Positions 37,161 to 51,200 of a DNA stretch of 64,000 bases are shown one piece after another; positions within the stretch are counted from its first letter, which is position 1, and every line of letters starts with the position of its first letter. A program made the position numbers and the translations under genes. This stretch comes from Felis catus (taxonomy: Eukaryota). The stretch is from NCBI RefSeq assembly GCF_018350175.1, contig NC_058383.1, forward strand, positions 14,510,001-14,574,000. Direction: 5' to 3'. The notes under the pieces are model-generated. The model saw only the letters and a program-made list of their open reading frames with translations, was not told the origin of the DNA and did not search any database.

Positions 37161-39592
37161 TGTTCATGCTGGCCGTAAACCCATTTCTGTTTTTAGTGAT
37201 ATGTTTAATCCTACCAAGTGGGTAGTCCCTCCCCCCCGCCTCCACTCCCGATTTTACAACAATGAGAACATTGAGGTCCAGGTAGTGCCATGACATTTTT
37301 CAAACTCAAGTCCTGTGACTCCTGGTCGTGAACCCTGGGCTGTGGCATCTGGCGCGTTCTGGGGAGCCTGTCTCATTCCCTTGAGTGAGCCCCCATGGTT
37401 CGCTAGCCCACGGGAAGGCATGGTGGAAGGACCTGTGTTGAGCACGGACACAATGCTAGGCAAGAGGTAAGGGCAGAGGCATGGAGGTTGGTGGGGGGAA
37501 CATGCATATGGCATGTTCGGGGGACAGTGATATGGTTGTTGTAGGGCAACCAGTAGGGACAGGGTACTGAGAGCCCTGGGTGCCAGGATGAGGGGCCGGG
37601 GCTCCCCCCTGAGCATCTCGGGTGTGATCCAGAGAGCCGTGAGCCACCAACGGCGCGTCACAAAAGCCGACTGGCCCGTGAGTCCAACCCCAGACCTCCT
37701 GGAGCTACGGCCTGAGAATCTGCATGCTGTCATCTCCAAGTGTTTTCCTGTCTCAGTCAACACCGTCTGTTGGGCGTCCATTACGGGCCAGGCTGTGTGA
37801 CTTACGGGTCAGATACATCTGTATTTGCCCGACATGAGGCCCAGTGTCCCAACCGAATTCTTCTTTCCGGTTTATAATACTACCACTTCTATATAATCGG
37901 GGTTGGGTTTTTTTTTTTTTTTCCGTTTTCGCGGTAAATTCATTCTTGTTAGCGAAACTGCAAGGTTTCCCTGACACATGCCGTCAGGTCACCCACCTCA
38001 ATCGAGGCCTGCCACCTCCAGAAGTCCCTTGAGCCCCTTCGTGATTAATCCCTCCCTCTGTCCCCAAATTTGAGGCCCAACTTCACCTCCCGGAACGGCC
38101 CACCAGGCAACAGTTCTGGTACAGTTTCCTCCCTGAGCCGAGGCCCACAGCCGGCACGCCAGCACAAGGTTGGAGTCGGTGGTCCCCTGGGCGTTCAAGG
38201 CGCTCCCCGTGAAACAGCCCCTAGCTGTGGCGGAACATTCTCGGAGGTGTGTATCACAGAGAGGGGTGTCAGGCTCTGTCCCAAGGGCCCCTGTGACTCC
38301 CTGCACTCCAGGGAGGTATCGGAGGTCTCTCTTCTGCTTGCCCCCCCCCCATCAATACGTCTTATTCTTCCTCCCCCTCCTTTTCAGAGAAGCTCCCATT
38401 CCTTGCCCTCGGCGAATTCATCACCAGAATGACAGATGAGAATTCTTTTATCCTGTAATTAAATTTAATCTGATCTTCGACTTATTCTTTGATGGCTTCA
38501 TCTTTTAAGTGATACATCATCCAAACACCTTGTCACGATGATGCATTGTGCCAGGAAGGCGCTGGTGCCCCCCTGGAGTGACGGGGCTCCCACAGCTATT
38601 AGCACGCGGAAGGCACGCGGAAAACGCGGAAGTTAATGACATCCAAGCAGCCTCTTGGCTTCCAGGCAAAGTCATGTAAACATTGGGGCTCAGGGGCTGG
38701 AACCATTGAGAGCGCACTGAAGGTACCACCCCCGGAAGGATGGCTTTGCCCCAGAAAACAGACCTGTGACTTGGGGGACGGGCCGCTCGCATTTGGTAAG
38801 AAGCAGGCCCGGGAATCCCTTTCAGTTCCTGGAGAGCATCATGAGGCCAGAGCTGGGGAGCTTTAGACCTTGTGGGAAAATCGGGTTGGAGGAGGGAGGG
38901 CGGCTCCCCATGTTAAGGAAACCTGCAGAGACAAAAAGAGGAGGGAAAAGAGAGAGGAGGGGAAAGAAAACGCCAGCGCTCTTTGACACATCCGAAAGAT
39001 GACACCACCGAGTCTCTGTACCGTTCATTTCCATCTCTCATCTGTGCGGTATCTTTAAAAACCCTCTCCTTGCGTCCCAGTGCAACACTTTTATAAATTC
39101 ATTTTGCCTCGTTGCAGATAGCAGGAATATTAAGCGCTTTTTTGTTGTTGTTCTTCTTCTGACTCGTCTTCTCTCGAAATATTCAAACTGCTTCTGATTT
39201 TATTATTTCCAGGTTGTTAGCTCCTGCCTTCCAGGCCCTGCCTCCATCCAGCCTTTGTGAGCGTCCCTGGTGCCCACCTTCTCTGTAGACCTCCCTGCGC
39301 TTTGCACGTCTGAGACTTCCCCGAGGCTTCAGCTTTGCTTCTCTGTTTGATTTCCGATCCCCAGTTCACTTTTTTAAATTACCCCTGACAAGTGGGTCTT
39401 GAGGTCCACATACAGGAAGCAGGAATGCCCGATTTCCTAAATGGCATTCGGAAGTAAATGCACGTGAATTTTATCTTGCTTAAGGAGGACCCCAGGGTTA
39501 AGGAGGAATTACTGTATTACTGCTTTCTTGCCAGAATGGGTTGATGAACTATTCTTTCCAGAAAATCAGAATTCTTTTCCAGGAGAGATCCT

Positions 39593-39808
39593 TTTTTTTT
39601 TCTTTTTTCCTTTCTTTCTCAATTTCAGAGAGAGAGAGAGAGACTGAGGGAGGGAGAGGGGCAAAGGGTGAGACAGATAGAAAATCTCAAGGAGGCCCCA
39701 TGCTCACCATGGAGCCTGACCCAGGACTTGATCCCACGACCCTGGGATCATGACCTGAGCCGAAATCAAGAGTCGGATGCTCAGACGACTGAGTCACCCA
39801 GGTGCCCC
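39593..39808 (-). mobile_element. Carnivore SINE (older subfamily)
   Basis: Reverse head gagtcacccaggtgcccc; TSD tccaggagagatcctt / tccagtagagattctt. Confidence 0.9.
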
Positions 39809-41984
39809 TCCAGTAGAGATTCTTAGTTAAAACTCTTATGTCTGCTTAGAAGTTCAGTGGATTCTTTTCTCCAACCACAAAAAGTGATCCGGGTAGATTT
39901 TGTGTTAATGTTAGGTATGGAATAAGGAAAACTCACACTGAATAGTCAGATGGTGACCACATTTTCAACTGAACCTTTCTCCCTTCCTTGCCCAGAACTG
40001 TTAAATTCAAAGAAAGTCACTGCTAATCTTTTCCTTTTCTACTAAAGATGCAACAGCATTGCAATGAGTTTGGAAAAAAAAAAACATTTAAATCATCCAT
40101 AATCTCGCCATCCTAAAGCAACTATGATCATTTCCGAGGTGGGCTTCCAGCCCTTGCGTTTTCAAAGAAGTATGTTGCCTTCCTAGGCTGTTCACAAATC
40201 ATTGAATTAATAACATCCCTTCTTCTGAAGGACAAGAAGAGGGAAGTAGAACCTACTGGTGAAGAAGTCTTCAGTGCCTTAGCACTACCAGGAGCAGCGG
40301 TGAAAGAGGAAAACATTACAATAGCCTCACCCCCTGGCCATTTAGTGCTGAGAGTTTCAGCGCTTCTTTGGAACAGCAACGTCTGTCGAATGGTTATTTT
40401 CTAAGACGTTGCTTGTTCAGAATGGAGACGGTCTGAGAACCTGGCCAGTCAGAGTTAAGGGCAGATCTTGAAGAGTTTATTGCTAGTGCAGCTCAGGCCA
40501 TTGGTCTAAGATGTCAGGGTGTCCGAAGTCTGAGTTCCCATCAGAGAAAGCCAGAGGAAGACCAAATGTCAGTAGCACAATGTTCTAGACTGTTCTTATC
40601 TACCGTCCTACCACCTGCCTGGCTTAGAAGGTAGGGGTGCCAGGTTTGGGACAACTTTCTGGAATCCCACCCACATGGGGACCACCGAGGGTGCCATATA
40701 CACTGACATTGGTTCCAGAAAAGGGCCTTTTGCAGATTTCTCTGTGCCGTGGTGGTGTCATCACCAACCCCCTTCCTGAGAGTGCTGCCCTGCATGGCCT
40801 CCTGGCTTCCTCCTGCAGCTACAGGGGCCAAGTGTCAGGTGACGGAGCCTACTTTTCAAGAGATTCCTATCTTGCCTTCCTGATACTGCTCCCAAAATTA
40901 AATGTCTGCAGGGCTTGAATCTGTGGCCCTCCATGGAAATGGAAATGTCAACCAGCCAAGAACTGAACACCTTCCCAAGAAGCCTTGCAGGAAAGGCTTC
41001 GTGCACAAGGATGTGGGTTCTCGTCAGCTCGGGCTCACTATCCCCTACTTAAATGGTTGGTTTGGCCATGCACAGGATAGGAGATTCCAACCTGGGGGAC
41101 GTATGGTCATCCAAAGGCCCACGCTCGCACTCCAGATACTTTTTGTCATGGCATTCTCTGTTGGGAATGAGGCTCCTAATTCCAGGGCCAAGGTGGGTAG
41201 GAGCTAACGAGAGCCATGCATGGCTAAGTGGAGATCTCTGATCTCTGCACCTTAGCGAGACTGGAAATCAGGAAATGATACTTCACCCACATCTCACATC
41301 AAAGTTAATTTTTCCATGGTGATGCCGAGAGGTACCTTTCTGTGTGTGGTTGGCTTCTAAGCTGTGATCTTGGGCAAGACACTGAAGCTCCTCGTACTTC
41401 AGTTTCCTCCTCTGTAATGTAAATTTCATAATAGTATCCACCTCATAGAGATGCTGTGTCAGTTAAACAAGCTAATCGATGCAAAGTTCTTAGACGAGGT
41501 CCACGGCACATGTCATATAAAGATGCTGTCCATGGTGCTGAACGTGAGACCCTGGGAAAGCTTCAGTTTTCCAAGAGCCAGTTAGGTACACAGTATTCTA
41601 CTTTTTGAGGCTATAAAAACCAGTAACAAATAGCAGTGAAAACTTGAACATCCCCAGGCACTTTGAGCACCTCAAATCCTCGTATACCTTGCAAGCAGTA
41701 GATTGGACCAGTGATATCCAAGGTTCCTTCCAGTTCTCAGGTTTTGGGACACGTGAGCCTTCCATCATTCAGCTAGACTTCTAGCTTGGTTCAGTTCTTC
41801 AAGGCAGTGTTACCTGGAAAGCGGGTTATTTGGAAAGATGGATGAGACATGGAGACTCCTACCACCTAGGAATTCATAGTTAATTAAGGTGTTATTGTAT
41901 AAAATAGCTTGGCGATTGGCTGAGTCCAACCACCAGTATTTTTTTTTTTTTTACTTATCAAATTTTTGCATATTTGCAAAAATT

Positions 41985-44525
41985 AAAAAATTTGAGAACA
42001 TGGTCCAGGTTCTGGAGAAAACGCCAGCCTCATAGGTTGCCGATAGAAATACAAATTGGTGCCATTTTTTTTTTGAAGGGAGTCTGGCAATCCTTACCAA
42101 AGCTACAGTATGCTTACTTTTTGACCTAGCAATCCACTTGCAAAAATCTACACTGAAGATACATTTCCAACAATGTGAAAACACACATGTGCCCTCCTGT
42201 ATTATTTGCAGTTGCAAAATATTGGAAACCACTTTAATGCCTGTTCGTAAGCATAACATGGGCCATCCCTGTGAACTGATTCTGAATGATTTCCCCATAC
42301 GGTTAGATGCAAAAGGCAAAGTACAAAGGAAGATGCTTAGTATGCTAACTGTTATTTAAGACAAATGGCCTCTGAAAAGTAAATACCTTTATCTGCTCAT
42401 CTGTGCTAGAGATTCAGGAAGGATAAACCAGAAACTGATGAGATTGGTTACCTGCTCGAGGTGGGTGAGAACAGGGTGGACAGAACGTGGGAGCAGAATA
42501 AGGAATGAAAGGGGAGTGACACCTCTCAGCGCAGTTTTCTGTCAAGTCCTGACTCTTAGAACCACCGTGATATTGAAAATCTCTGAGAAATAATAATAAT
42601 TTCAACATTCGAAGATGTAAGGAAGAAGACCCACAATAGAATGCAAACAGTAAATGAAAAAAAAAATTCACCCAACTAAATGAATAACATAACTGCACTG
42701 TTGGATGGGGAACAATAACACCAATCTCAATGGCTTGGAACCGGTTTGGACAGTTTTGACTGGATTCTAGAAACTTAAAGGAAAAAAGAACCATTGCCAA
42801 TAACGCATTCTAGTCAGTAAGCTTGTTTTCCACAGGAGTCTGGGTTCACAATTCTGAAACTACTGTATGTGAACAAGTAAGTATATAAAGTATGGATAAC
42901 GGACATGATTTCACTCATATGTGGAATTTGAGAAATGTAACAGATGTTCATATGGGGAGGGCAGGAAAAATAAGACAAAAACAGAGAGGGAGGCAAACCA
43001 TAAATACGGAGAACTCTTAAATACAGAGAACAAAATGTGGGTTGATGGGGGTTGGGGGTGGGGAAAATGGGTAATGGACATTAAGGAAGGCACTTGTTGG
43101 GATGAGCCTTGGATGTTATATGTAACTGATGAGTCACTGGAGTCTATTCCTGAAGCCAAGACTACACGGTGTGTTAACTAACTTGAGGATAAAAAGAAAA
43201 AAGGAAAAAGAAAGTATGGATACTGGGAGCCTGGTCTCTTGCTGTTAGAGAAAGAGGTTATAAATAAGGAGAGGGTATGGCTAGAATGAATGTTGAGTTG
43301 CAATGTGAGGGATCAGGATGAAGTTATTTTATTTATAGGTGCATGTAAAAATATATAAATATACATGTATAAAACATAGAGCGAGGTGTAGAAATAAATT
43401 TGTAGAAAATGTAGGCATAAAAACAAATGTGCTTATGGGATGGTGTACATACATATATTTCCTAGCTCTGAGAGCGTCTAGAAGCAATACAATCCAGTAG
43501 CAGTGAACACATCTAGCACCCAGATTTTGGATGACCCCAGGGATGGAACAAAATACAGCGTAAGCCTGGAAAACCTTGTGGGGGGTGTCAGAATAAAAGG
43601 AAATGCTCTTCAAAAGGTGTTGTCTTCTCAGTAGAATGTAGGAGCCACCCCGAAAGGAGTTCCTTATGTCCAAAGCTGGAACTATATAGCTGGAACAATA
43701 AAATATTGGATTGTCACTCATATGACTTTTTAAAAATGCATGAGTCCACAGTGACATAAACTCATGGAGAGAAAGGATAGCTCTTCCTTCAGTAGAAGTC
43801 CGCTTAGCAAATGTAGAGGGAATGTGGGAAGTGCAAATCACCCCGAGGCAGTCATGCCAGTAATATCTGTTGAAGTCCAGAAGTAACAATGGACGCTAAA
43901 CTTGGTGGGTGAAAATATGATGAAAACGGAGATATTTTCAGTTTCTGAGTATCTCCCTTTATAAAGGGAAAATAGTAACTTCACAGTTGAGAAGCCCAAA
44001 AGACACCGCCTTAACCAAGTGATCAAGGTTAACGTCACTAGTAATGAGACCTCACAGACCCCTGATCTGATGCCCGAAGAAGGGCACAGCCTCACCTCTG
44101 TGGTTTGTCTCGTTAAAAATGCACAACTATGACTTTAATCGTGAGAAAACATCGGACAAACCCAAGTTGAGGGACATTCTACAAAATAATTGCCTGGTAC
44201 TCTTCAAAAGTGTCAAGGTCATTAAAAACAAGCGAAGACTGAGGAGCTATCCCAGATAGGAGGAAATTAAGGAGACGTGAGAACAGAATGCAGTGGGGGA
44301 TCCTGGAAGAGAAAACATAGATGGAAACTGCTGAAATTTCTGGGAGGTCTCCGGATTAGTCAATAGGATTGTACCAGTGTGAGTTCCCTGGCTTGGGTGA
44401 TCATGCCATGATTATGTAAGATACTAACTTTCGGGTAAGCTGGATGCCAGGTATACTGGAACTCCCCGTACTATATTTGTAAATTTTTTGTAAGTCTAAA
44501 ATGACTTTGACCTAAAAAGTTTTAA
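41985..44525 (+). mobile_element. Old L1 (L1MC/MD-like) 3' region, fragmented
   Basis: tttgacctagcaatccact, gagaaaacatcggacaaacccaagttgagggacattctacaaaata, ggaactccccgtactatatttgtaaattttttgtaagtctaaa. Confidence 0.75.
42901..43210 (+). mobile_element. 5'-truncated carnivore L1 3' end nested in the older L1
   Basis: atgatttcactcatatgtggaattt...ggcacttgttgggatgagc...A-rich tail; TSD aaagtatggata at 42887-42898 / 43211-43222. Confidence 0.88.
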
Positions 44526-47500
44526 AAAAACATCTTTTGAGAGGTCTAGTTGACTGGAATTATTGGCGGAGAGGTCAAGGGAAGGGGTGAGGGAGATTGG
44601 AGGTGATACTCCCTTGGCTTCACCAGGAGGTAGATAGTGGTGCCATTGTTGAGATTGGAGACATGGGTTTTGGAGGATGATGTGAGTTCTGTTTGGGGAG
44701 GTGTGAGTTTGGGGGGGGTGGGTCTTGGAAACCCCCACAGTGATGTCCTCCAGGCAGCCGAACATTCCAACCAGGTGCTGAGGACAGAGCGGGAGAGGCA
44801 GATGGGGCTTTGGGGGGGGGGGGTGCACCAAGGGAGAGCAGAGCGCCGATCCTAGGACAGACCCTAGCGTGGCTCCACATTTAATGCTGCTGCCCCTCTA
44901 AAGGGGTGGCTTTAGAGATGTAAAGCTGAGTTCTGAGAGTCCCCTCCAAGTCCACTCCAGGCAAGGGCATGTGAGATCTGGATCAAACTGGGGGAATGAA
45001 GTGGGGGGTGGGGAAGAGAAAGGCAGGAGCATAGCAGGAGACCCTGCTGTGGGATCCAGCCTTCTCCGGATCAGGGATCCAACTAGAAGTTACCCACAGA
45101 CCTAGGCAGAGAGAACCCTATGGTCCAGGTAGCCATCTGGGGGTACTCGGCTTCCCGGAAGTATTGTCAGAGCTCTTGGGCCAGCAACCCTTAGACAGAT
45201 AGCTCTGAGAACAGGCAGAGAACGGGAAGGAAGCTGGGAGTGGCTGAGTGCCGAGAAGGAGCGGGGCCAGGAAATGCTGGCCCCATGAGGCCACGTGGGA
45301 GCCCATGGGAAAGAAAAGAAGTCTGGTGAATTAGAAACAAGGCCCAGTTCTCAACTGGCACATGAGGTCAGGGGGGAATAAGAACAACAAAACATACAGG
45401 GCTTCCTATGCCCCATGCCTTCTTCTCACTAATTTACTTAATTCCACAACTACCCTATGACTTAAATTGTAAAATTATCCCCATTTTGAAAATGAGGAAA
45501 TAGAGTCTCACAGGGCTTAAGGCCTCAGGTCATAAAACCATTACGTGGCAGAGCTTAGATTTCTAGAGCAGGCTCCACGGTCCAAGTCTTTAGCCATATA
45601 ATAGACTGCCTCGCTGATGACACAGCACAAAGCCAGGAACCCTGTTTCAATTGGCAAAAATGAGAAGGTGAGACAGATTTAAGATCTTGCTAAAAGGGGA
45701 GCCTAGTGTTTGCCGGCATTTCCACACTACACCCAGATAACAATCCTACCTTCCTATGTCACGCCACAGAGGCAAGAAAGAAATGTATCTGTTCATTGCA
45801 AAATAGAGTCTTTGCTTCCTGTAACTCAGGGTGAGCTTTGGAGACATGCTTAGGAGTTGTCTCCAGATCTCTGGGGATTGGAGTGAACTATCCTGCTTGC
45901 CAGCCCCTCTCCCACTCGGCTCCTCTAACCCTCATCCTGGTGCTGCCCTCATTCCAGAAGGCTCCCAGCTCTCTCCACAAAGTTATGGCGGCCAGACCCT
46001 GCCATCCCCCGCCTCCACTGGCGATGCCTTTCGTCTATCCACTCCTTAACCTATCTCTGCAAGAAAACCACCCCCAAGGTTTTGTGGCATGAACGTGTTT
46101 CTCCGTTCGTTCTTGGTAGCGGTGCATTTTCTGGAAATCTAACGCTTTCATCAAGCATGATGAGTCCTAATGGTGGAAGAAGACTGAAGAGGGAGGCCTT
46201 TGGAACCATCCAGTCCCCTAGGAACTAGCTCTCCCTACACAAAACATATCTGGTTCTATCGCCTACCTTCTAAGCTCCCAGGTAGATGTTTAAGTAAACT
46301 TTATTGAAGTAGAAGATCAGCACAATACACGTCATCTATTTAAAGTGTACACTTGGATGAGTTTTGACAGGGTACGTGCCTGCAGATCTCCCTTCCCGAT
46401 CAAGCTACGCGACATTTCCATTTCCCCCAAAGATCCCCCCTGCCCCCGTACTCCGCCCCCAGCTGCCAAACACCATGTGTCTGCCTGAGATACAGTTGGA
46501 GACATTTTTCTTCCCTATTCATTTTGGGATCAAGCACACTCTGGACAGTGACAGAGAAAGTCTGTTTGTTTTTAAGAATGTACATATGCACGCGTAATCA
46601 CCAGAAACCACTCCTTCGGCCAAGCAGCAAACGAATACATTCAGCCTACAGCAGGTTCAAATCGAGGGAACCCGTCTCCCTGTGTCCGGAGTAGAAGGTG
46701 GGGAAAATGCATTTTTTTCATTTAACAGTATGTTTCTGCACTGACTAGGCCTGGTTTTAAAATGACGAGAAAGACCCTTAATGTGAAAGCAATTGCAAGC
46801 CATGTTTTTATGGACAATTCGATGGATTGTGCTGTGCTCCAGAGTCATTCCACAATCATTTGGCTGGTTTTTGTTTATTTGGCTATAACCTGCATATTTC
46901 AGTTTTCCCTCAAGGCTGTTCAATGTGGGTTAATAGTTGTGTGTGCCTCTTAGATCATCTCAAATAGAAAATTCTTTTTCTCTGCTAAATGAGAATTAAT
47001 TGTATTTGAGCTCAGAGGGTTGTTTTTTTTTTTTTTTTTTCCTAATGCACTAGGGTTGTGGATAATGGCATTCGTTTCTCCTCTTGGGCCCAGCAGCCAA
47101 ACCTAGAATAATCCCATTCAATTCAAAAGGCATTTATAGAGCGTTTGCTTTCTGCAAGATACTTTCTCACTCCTTGTGCAATATAAAAACGAGTAGGATG
47201 CTGCCGTCCTAAAACAATAGCAGCAACAACAACAACGAAAAGCTATAGCAAGGGATGTCACAGAACACACAAGTAGGTAAGCTGAACGAGATCGCATCGG
47301 GGCGGGGGCTTTGTGGAACCAGGGGAGATCCGATAGGGGTAGGGTGGGGATATATTCCACACAGGGAAGACTCCTGGCTGTTTTTGAGAGACCTCAAGTC
47401 ACCTGTTGGACCGAGCCAAGAAACCAAGAGTTACAGCTGAAAAGCTAAGCTGGGGACTTACAATAGAAGATCATGGTTAAAAAAAAAAAAGTTTATTCTT

Positions 47501-48339
47501 AAATCAGAGGGTACTAGAGCAACTGAAGGTTGAAGCAGAGACTGATAGGATTTGAACGTGCAGGAGTAGGAAGGACAAGTAGAAACTGGAAGGGCCTGGA
47601 GGTGGGAGATCAGGAGGAAACACAGGAGAGGGGAATGGGAAAACTTGTAGCTTTGGGGATGGGAGAGCGCGTAGGGGGGGAGATGACCCAAGGCTGCAAA
47701 CCTAGAGCCTGGGAAGAGCTCAGGAGTACGGGTGTATAACAGGGAGCTGATTGCCTGTAGGCCATAACTGGGGAAGCGAGAGGCAACAAGTTTCGGGCAG
47801 TTACCGACTCAGAGGAGGAAGCTTCACCCATTGGCTCCTCAGTGGAGCACGTGATGGGTGAGTGCATGCTTCTCCCGCTCTTTGTGGGATTGCGTGGTTA
47901 GAACGTCGCAGTGAGCATCACAGTGAGCGTCATACTGAGGTGGCAAATCCCACAGACAGTGGCTTGGCCGTGACTTTGTGGGGGAGCACGTGGGCAGAAG
48001 GTGAGAAGACAGCTTCCAACGACAGAGCAGATTAGATACTTTGAAGGGTCTGCCCACCACTGCATAACCAGATGCTAAATCAACTACAACAAATATCATT
48101 TTAAACCCATGCTAGCTGCACAAAAAGTGGTTGTATCCATTACAATGATTTGCTGCATTAACAAATCACCCCAAGACACTTTTAGATAAAGAATCTGAGA
48201 GGGTTTCCTATGACAGTCACCAAAGGAAATACTTCTTCTTGTAGAAGGAGATTGAGCTCAGAAGAGTGTCCTGAGGAAAGAATGAATTATAAACAAAGAA
48301 ATTTATAAACATACAAGTAAATCCAAAGAAACGTTTCTT

Positions 48340-48566
48340 GGGGCGCCTGGGTGGCTCAGTTGGTTAAGCGTCCGACTTTGCCGCAGGTCATGATCTCACG
48401 GTCCGTGAGTTCGAGCCCCGCGTCGGGCTCTGTGCTGACAGTTCAGAGCCTGGAGCCCATTTCAGATTCTGTGTCTCCCTCTCTCTCTGCCCCTCCCCTG
48501 TTCATGCTCTCTCTCTGTCTCAAAAATAAATAAACGTTAAAAATTAAAAAAAAAAACAACAAAAAA
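48340..48566 (+). mobile_element. Carnivore SINE
   Basis: TSD aaacgtttctt / aaacatttctt. Confidence 0.93.
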
Positions 48567-48717
48567 ACATTTCTTACATAATAAGAATAATGTCTACATT
48601 GGGGCAAGGAAATATAACGAAAGGCTGAGCAGTTAAAAGGAGGTGATCAAATTTAGTGTCCTAACATCCTTGAATTTTATTGAGTGGAGTAGACATTTGA
48701 ATATTGAATAATTTGCA

Positions 48718-48938
48718 GGGCACCTGGGTGGCTCAGTCAGTTAAGCATCGGACTTTGGCTCAGGTCATGATCTCATGGTTCATGGGTTCGAGCCCTGCCT
48801 CCAGCTCTGTGCTGACAGCTCAGAGCCTGGAGCCTGCCTCAGATTCTGTGTCCCCCCTCTGTCTCTGCCCCACCCCCGCTTGTGCTCTGTCTCTCCCTGT
48901 CTTTCAAAAATGAATAAACTTTAAAAAAATAAAATTTA
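48718..48938 (+). mobile_element. Carnivore SINE
   Basis: Perfect TSD gaatattgaataatttgc at 48699-48716 / 48939-48956. Confidence 0.93.
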
Positions 48939-48980
48939 GAATATTGAATAATTTGCTCAGTAGTTAATATTACATTTCAA

Positions 48981-49200
48981 GGGGCGCCTGGGTGGCTCAG
49001 TCGGTTAAGCGGCCGACTTCAGCCAGGTCACGATCTCGCGGTCCGTGAATTCGAGCCCCGCGTCGGGCTCTGGGCTGATGGCTCAGAGCCTGGAGCCTGT
49101 TTCCGATTCTGTGTCTCCCTCTCTCTCTGCCCCTCCCCCGTTCATGCTCTGTCTCTCTCTGTCCCAAAAATAAATAAATGTTGAAAAAAAATTAAAAAAA
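48981..49200 (+). mobile_element. Young Felis-type SINE
   Basis: Perfect TSD aatattacatttcaag at 48966-48981 / 49201-49216. Confidence 0.95.
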
Positions 49201-50164
49201 AATATTACATTTCAAGAGTGAACCATAAAATAATAGAAATGAATAGAGTTTCCAAATCCATAGAGGAGAACGATGAAATATGATAATATTCCAACAAATC
49301 AAACTGAACCAATCCCAACTAAAGCAAATAAAGGAGAAAAGGGAAACAGAGAAGGCTGGATGCACAGAAAGCAGAAAGAAGGATGGTAGAAATAAGGCCA
49401 TATATATCATTAAGTGCAATAAAAACAAATTGACTAAACATTTTGGCTAAAAAACATAGATTGTCACCCTAGTTCTTTTTTTTTTTTAATCCAGGAGTAT
49501 TCTGTTTCCAAGAGACACATCTAAACACAGGAGAGAGAGGTTGAAAGGAAAAGCATGGAAACAGGCAATTCTAAAGGGCAGGATGCTGGGGTAACTAAAC
49601 AAAGCACCTTCCACACAAAACGGATTCTTAAAAATGAAGTGTTCTGTTTCATGACAATGAAACTCACCAGGGTGGTAGAATCCTTCTCGGCTTGGGTGCT
49701 CCTCTCACATCTGTTATCGTCTCCCCTCTTTCAGTGCAGCCACTTGAGTTGAGACCTTCATCAGCCCCTTCGCCTTCCATCATGTCCCGTGGCAGGTCAT
49801 TGCCCATTTGGCAGCCAGTGTGGTTTTCCCACAAGTCAGGTGGCTCCTCAAGAAAACGCCCCAATCCCTAAGCACCGTGTGTCCACATAATGCAGTCTCA
49901 TCTGCACTCTCTCCCACCTCCCCGCTTCTGCCCCATCACAGCCATCACGCTCCCTCATGGTGAGCTATGCCTAGATCATCCAAAACACGGCATTTCTTCT
50001 GGTCTCTAGGCCTTTGGATATGAGATCACCTTGTCTGATCTGATCTGCCCTCTCCTACTCAGTTGTTCGGCTGACTCCAACAAGGCTTCACTCAAATGCC
50101 CCTTCTTCTCGGATGCCTTTTCTGACCTCCCTTTTCTGAATCAGGGCCTCTTCTGCTCTGGCTA

Positions 50165-51200
50165 TAAGAGCCCACTAAGAGGTGGGGATAGAGCCATGAA
50201 CAAAAAAGACAAAACTTCTGTCTCATGCCTCTCACATTCTACTGGATGGAGCCAGACAACAAACCCTATAAATAAGGAGAAGATATCATCTATAAGGAGA
50301 TAATATGTGCTTGGAAGGATATAAAGCAAGAAAAGGGATATAGAATACATGGTGAGGGTGAAATTTTAAGTAAGATGGTCAAGAAGATGACATTTAAGCA
50401 GGAACTTGGAAGAGGTGAGAGAGTGAGCCATTCAAATACCGGGGAAGGAACATTCAAGAGAGAAGAACGGCCAATGCAAAGACTCTGAACAGGAACAAGT
50501 ATGGCCTATTCATGGACCAACAAGGAGTCCAGTGTGGCTGGAGTGGAGTCAGCAAAGGGTACAGTGGTAGAAGTTGAGCACAAGCAGCTATTATTAGGTA
50601 GCATTGGGTCTTTGTAGCCCTTTGTAAGGATTTGACTTTTATTTTGAAGGAAATGGGAAGCCTTTGGAGGATGTTGACCTGACTCCAACTTGAAATAACA
50701 TAATTTTAAATAATGTAATATTTTAAAAGCAATCATTGATTGCCAATATGGCAATCCAATGCCATATTGAAAAAAAAGACCAAGGGAGGCAAGGGTGAGA
50801 GCTGGGAGACAAATTAGGAGGCCACTGTACTAATCTAGTCAAGAGACAAATGTGGCTGGGTACAGCGAGGTAGCAGTGGAGGTGAAATCTGAGTGTAGTT
50901 TGCTAATGGTTGAATATGGTGGGTCAGGGGAAGAGGCGAGGACGAAGCCAAAGTGTTTGGACCCAGCAACTGGAAGGATGGAGTTCTCATTACCAAGATA
51001 GAACCAATATTGTTTTGATCCTATAAGTCTGAAATGTTTAATAGCGCCCCAAAGGTATGTCCAGTGGCGAGTTAGATAGACAAATCTGGAATTGAGGAGA
51101 AAGTTTGGTTCGGAGATAGAAACTTGGCGCAATTAGCCAAGTTAGCGTATAGATGCCACTGATAGGCCCTAGAATGGCAGGCTTTCCAGGACAGCGGGTA
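50165..51200 (-). mobile_element. Degenerate L2
   Basis: ggggatagagccatgaacaaaaaagacaaa...ctcacattctactg...ggagtccagtgtggctggagtggag...gtaaggatttgacttttattttga. Confidence 0.7.

Noticed and set aside
43329..43889. 186-aa antisense ORF
   Set aside because: It lies within decayed L1 3' sequence and shows no coding signature.
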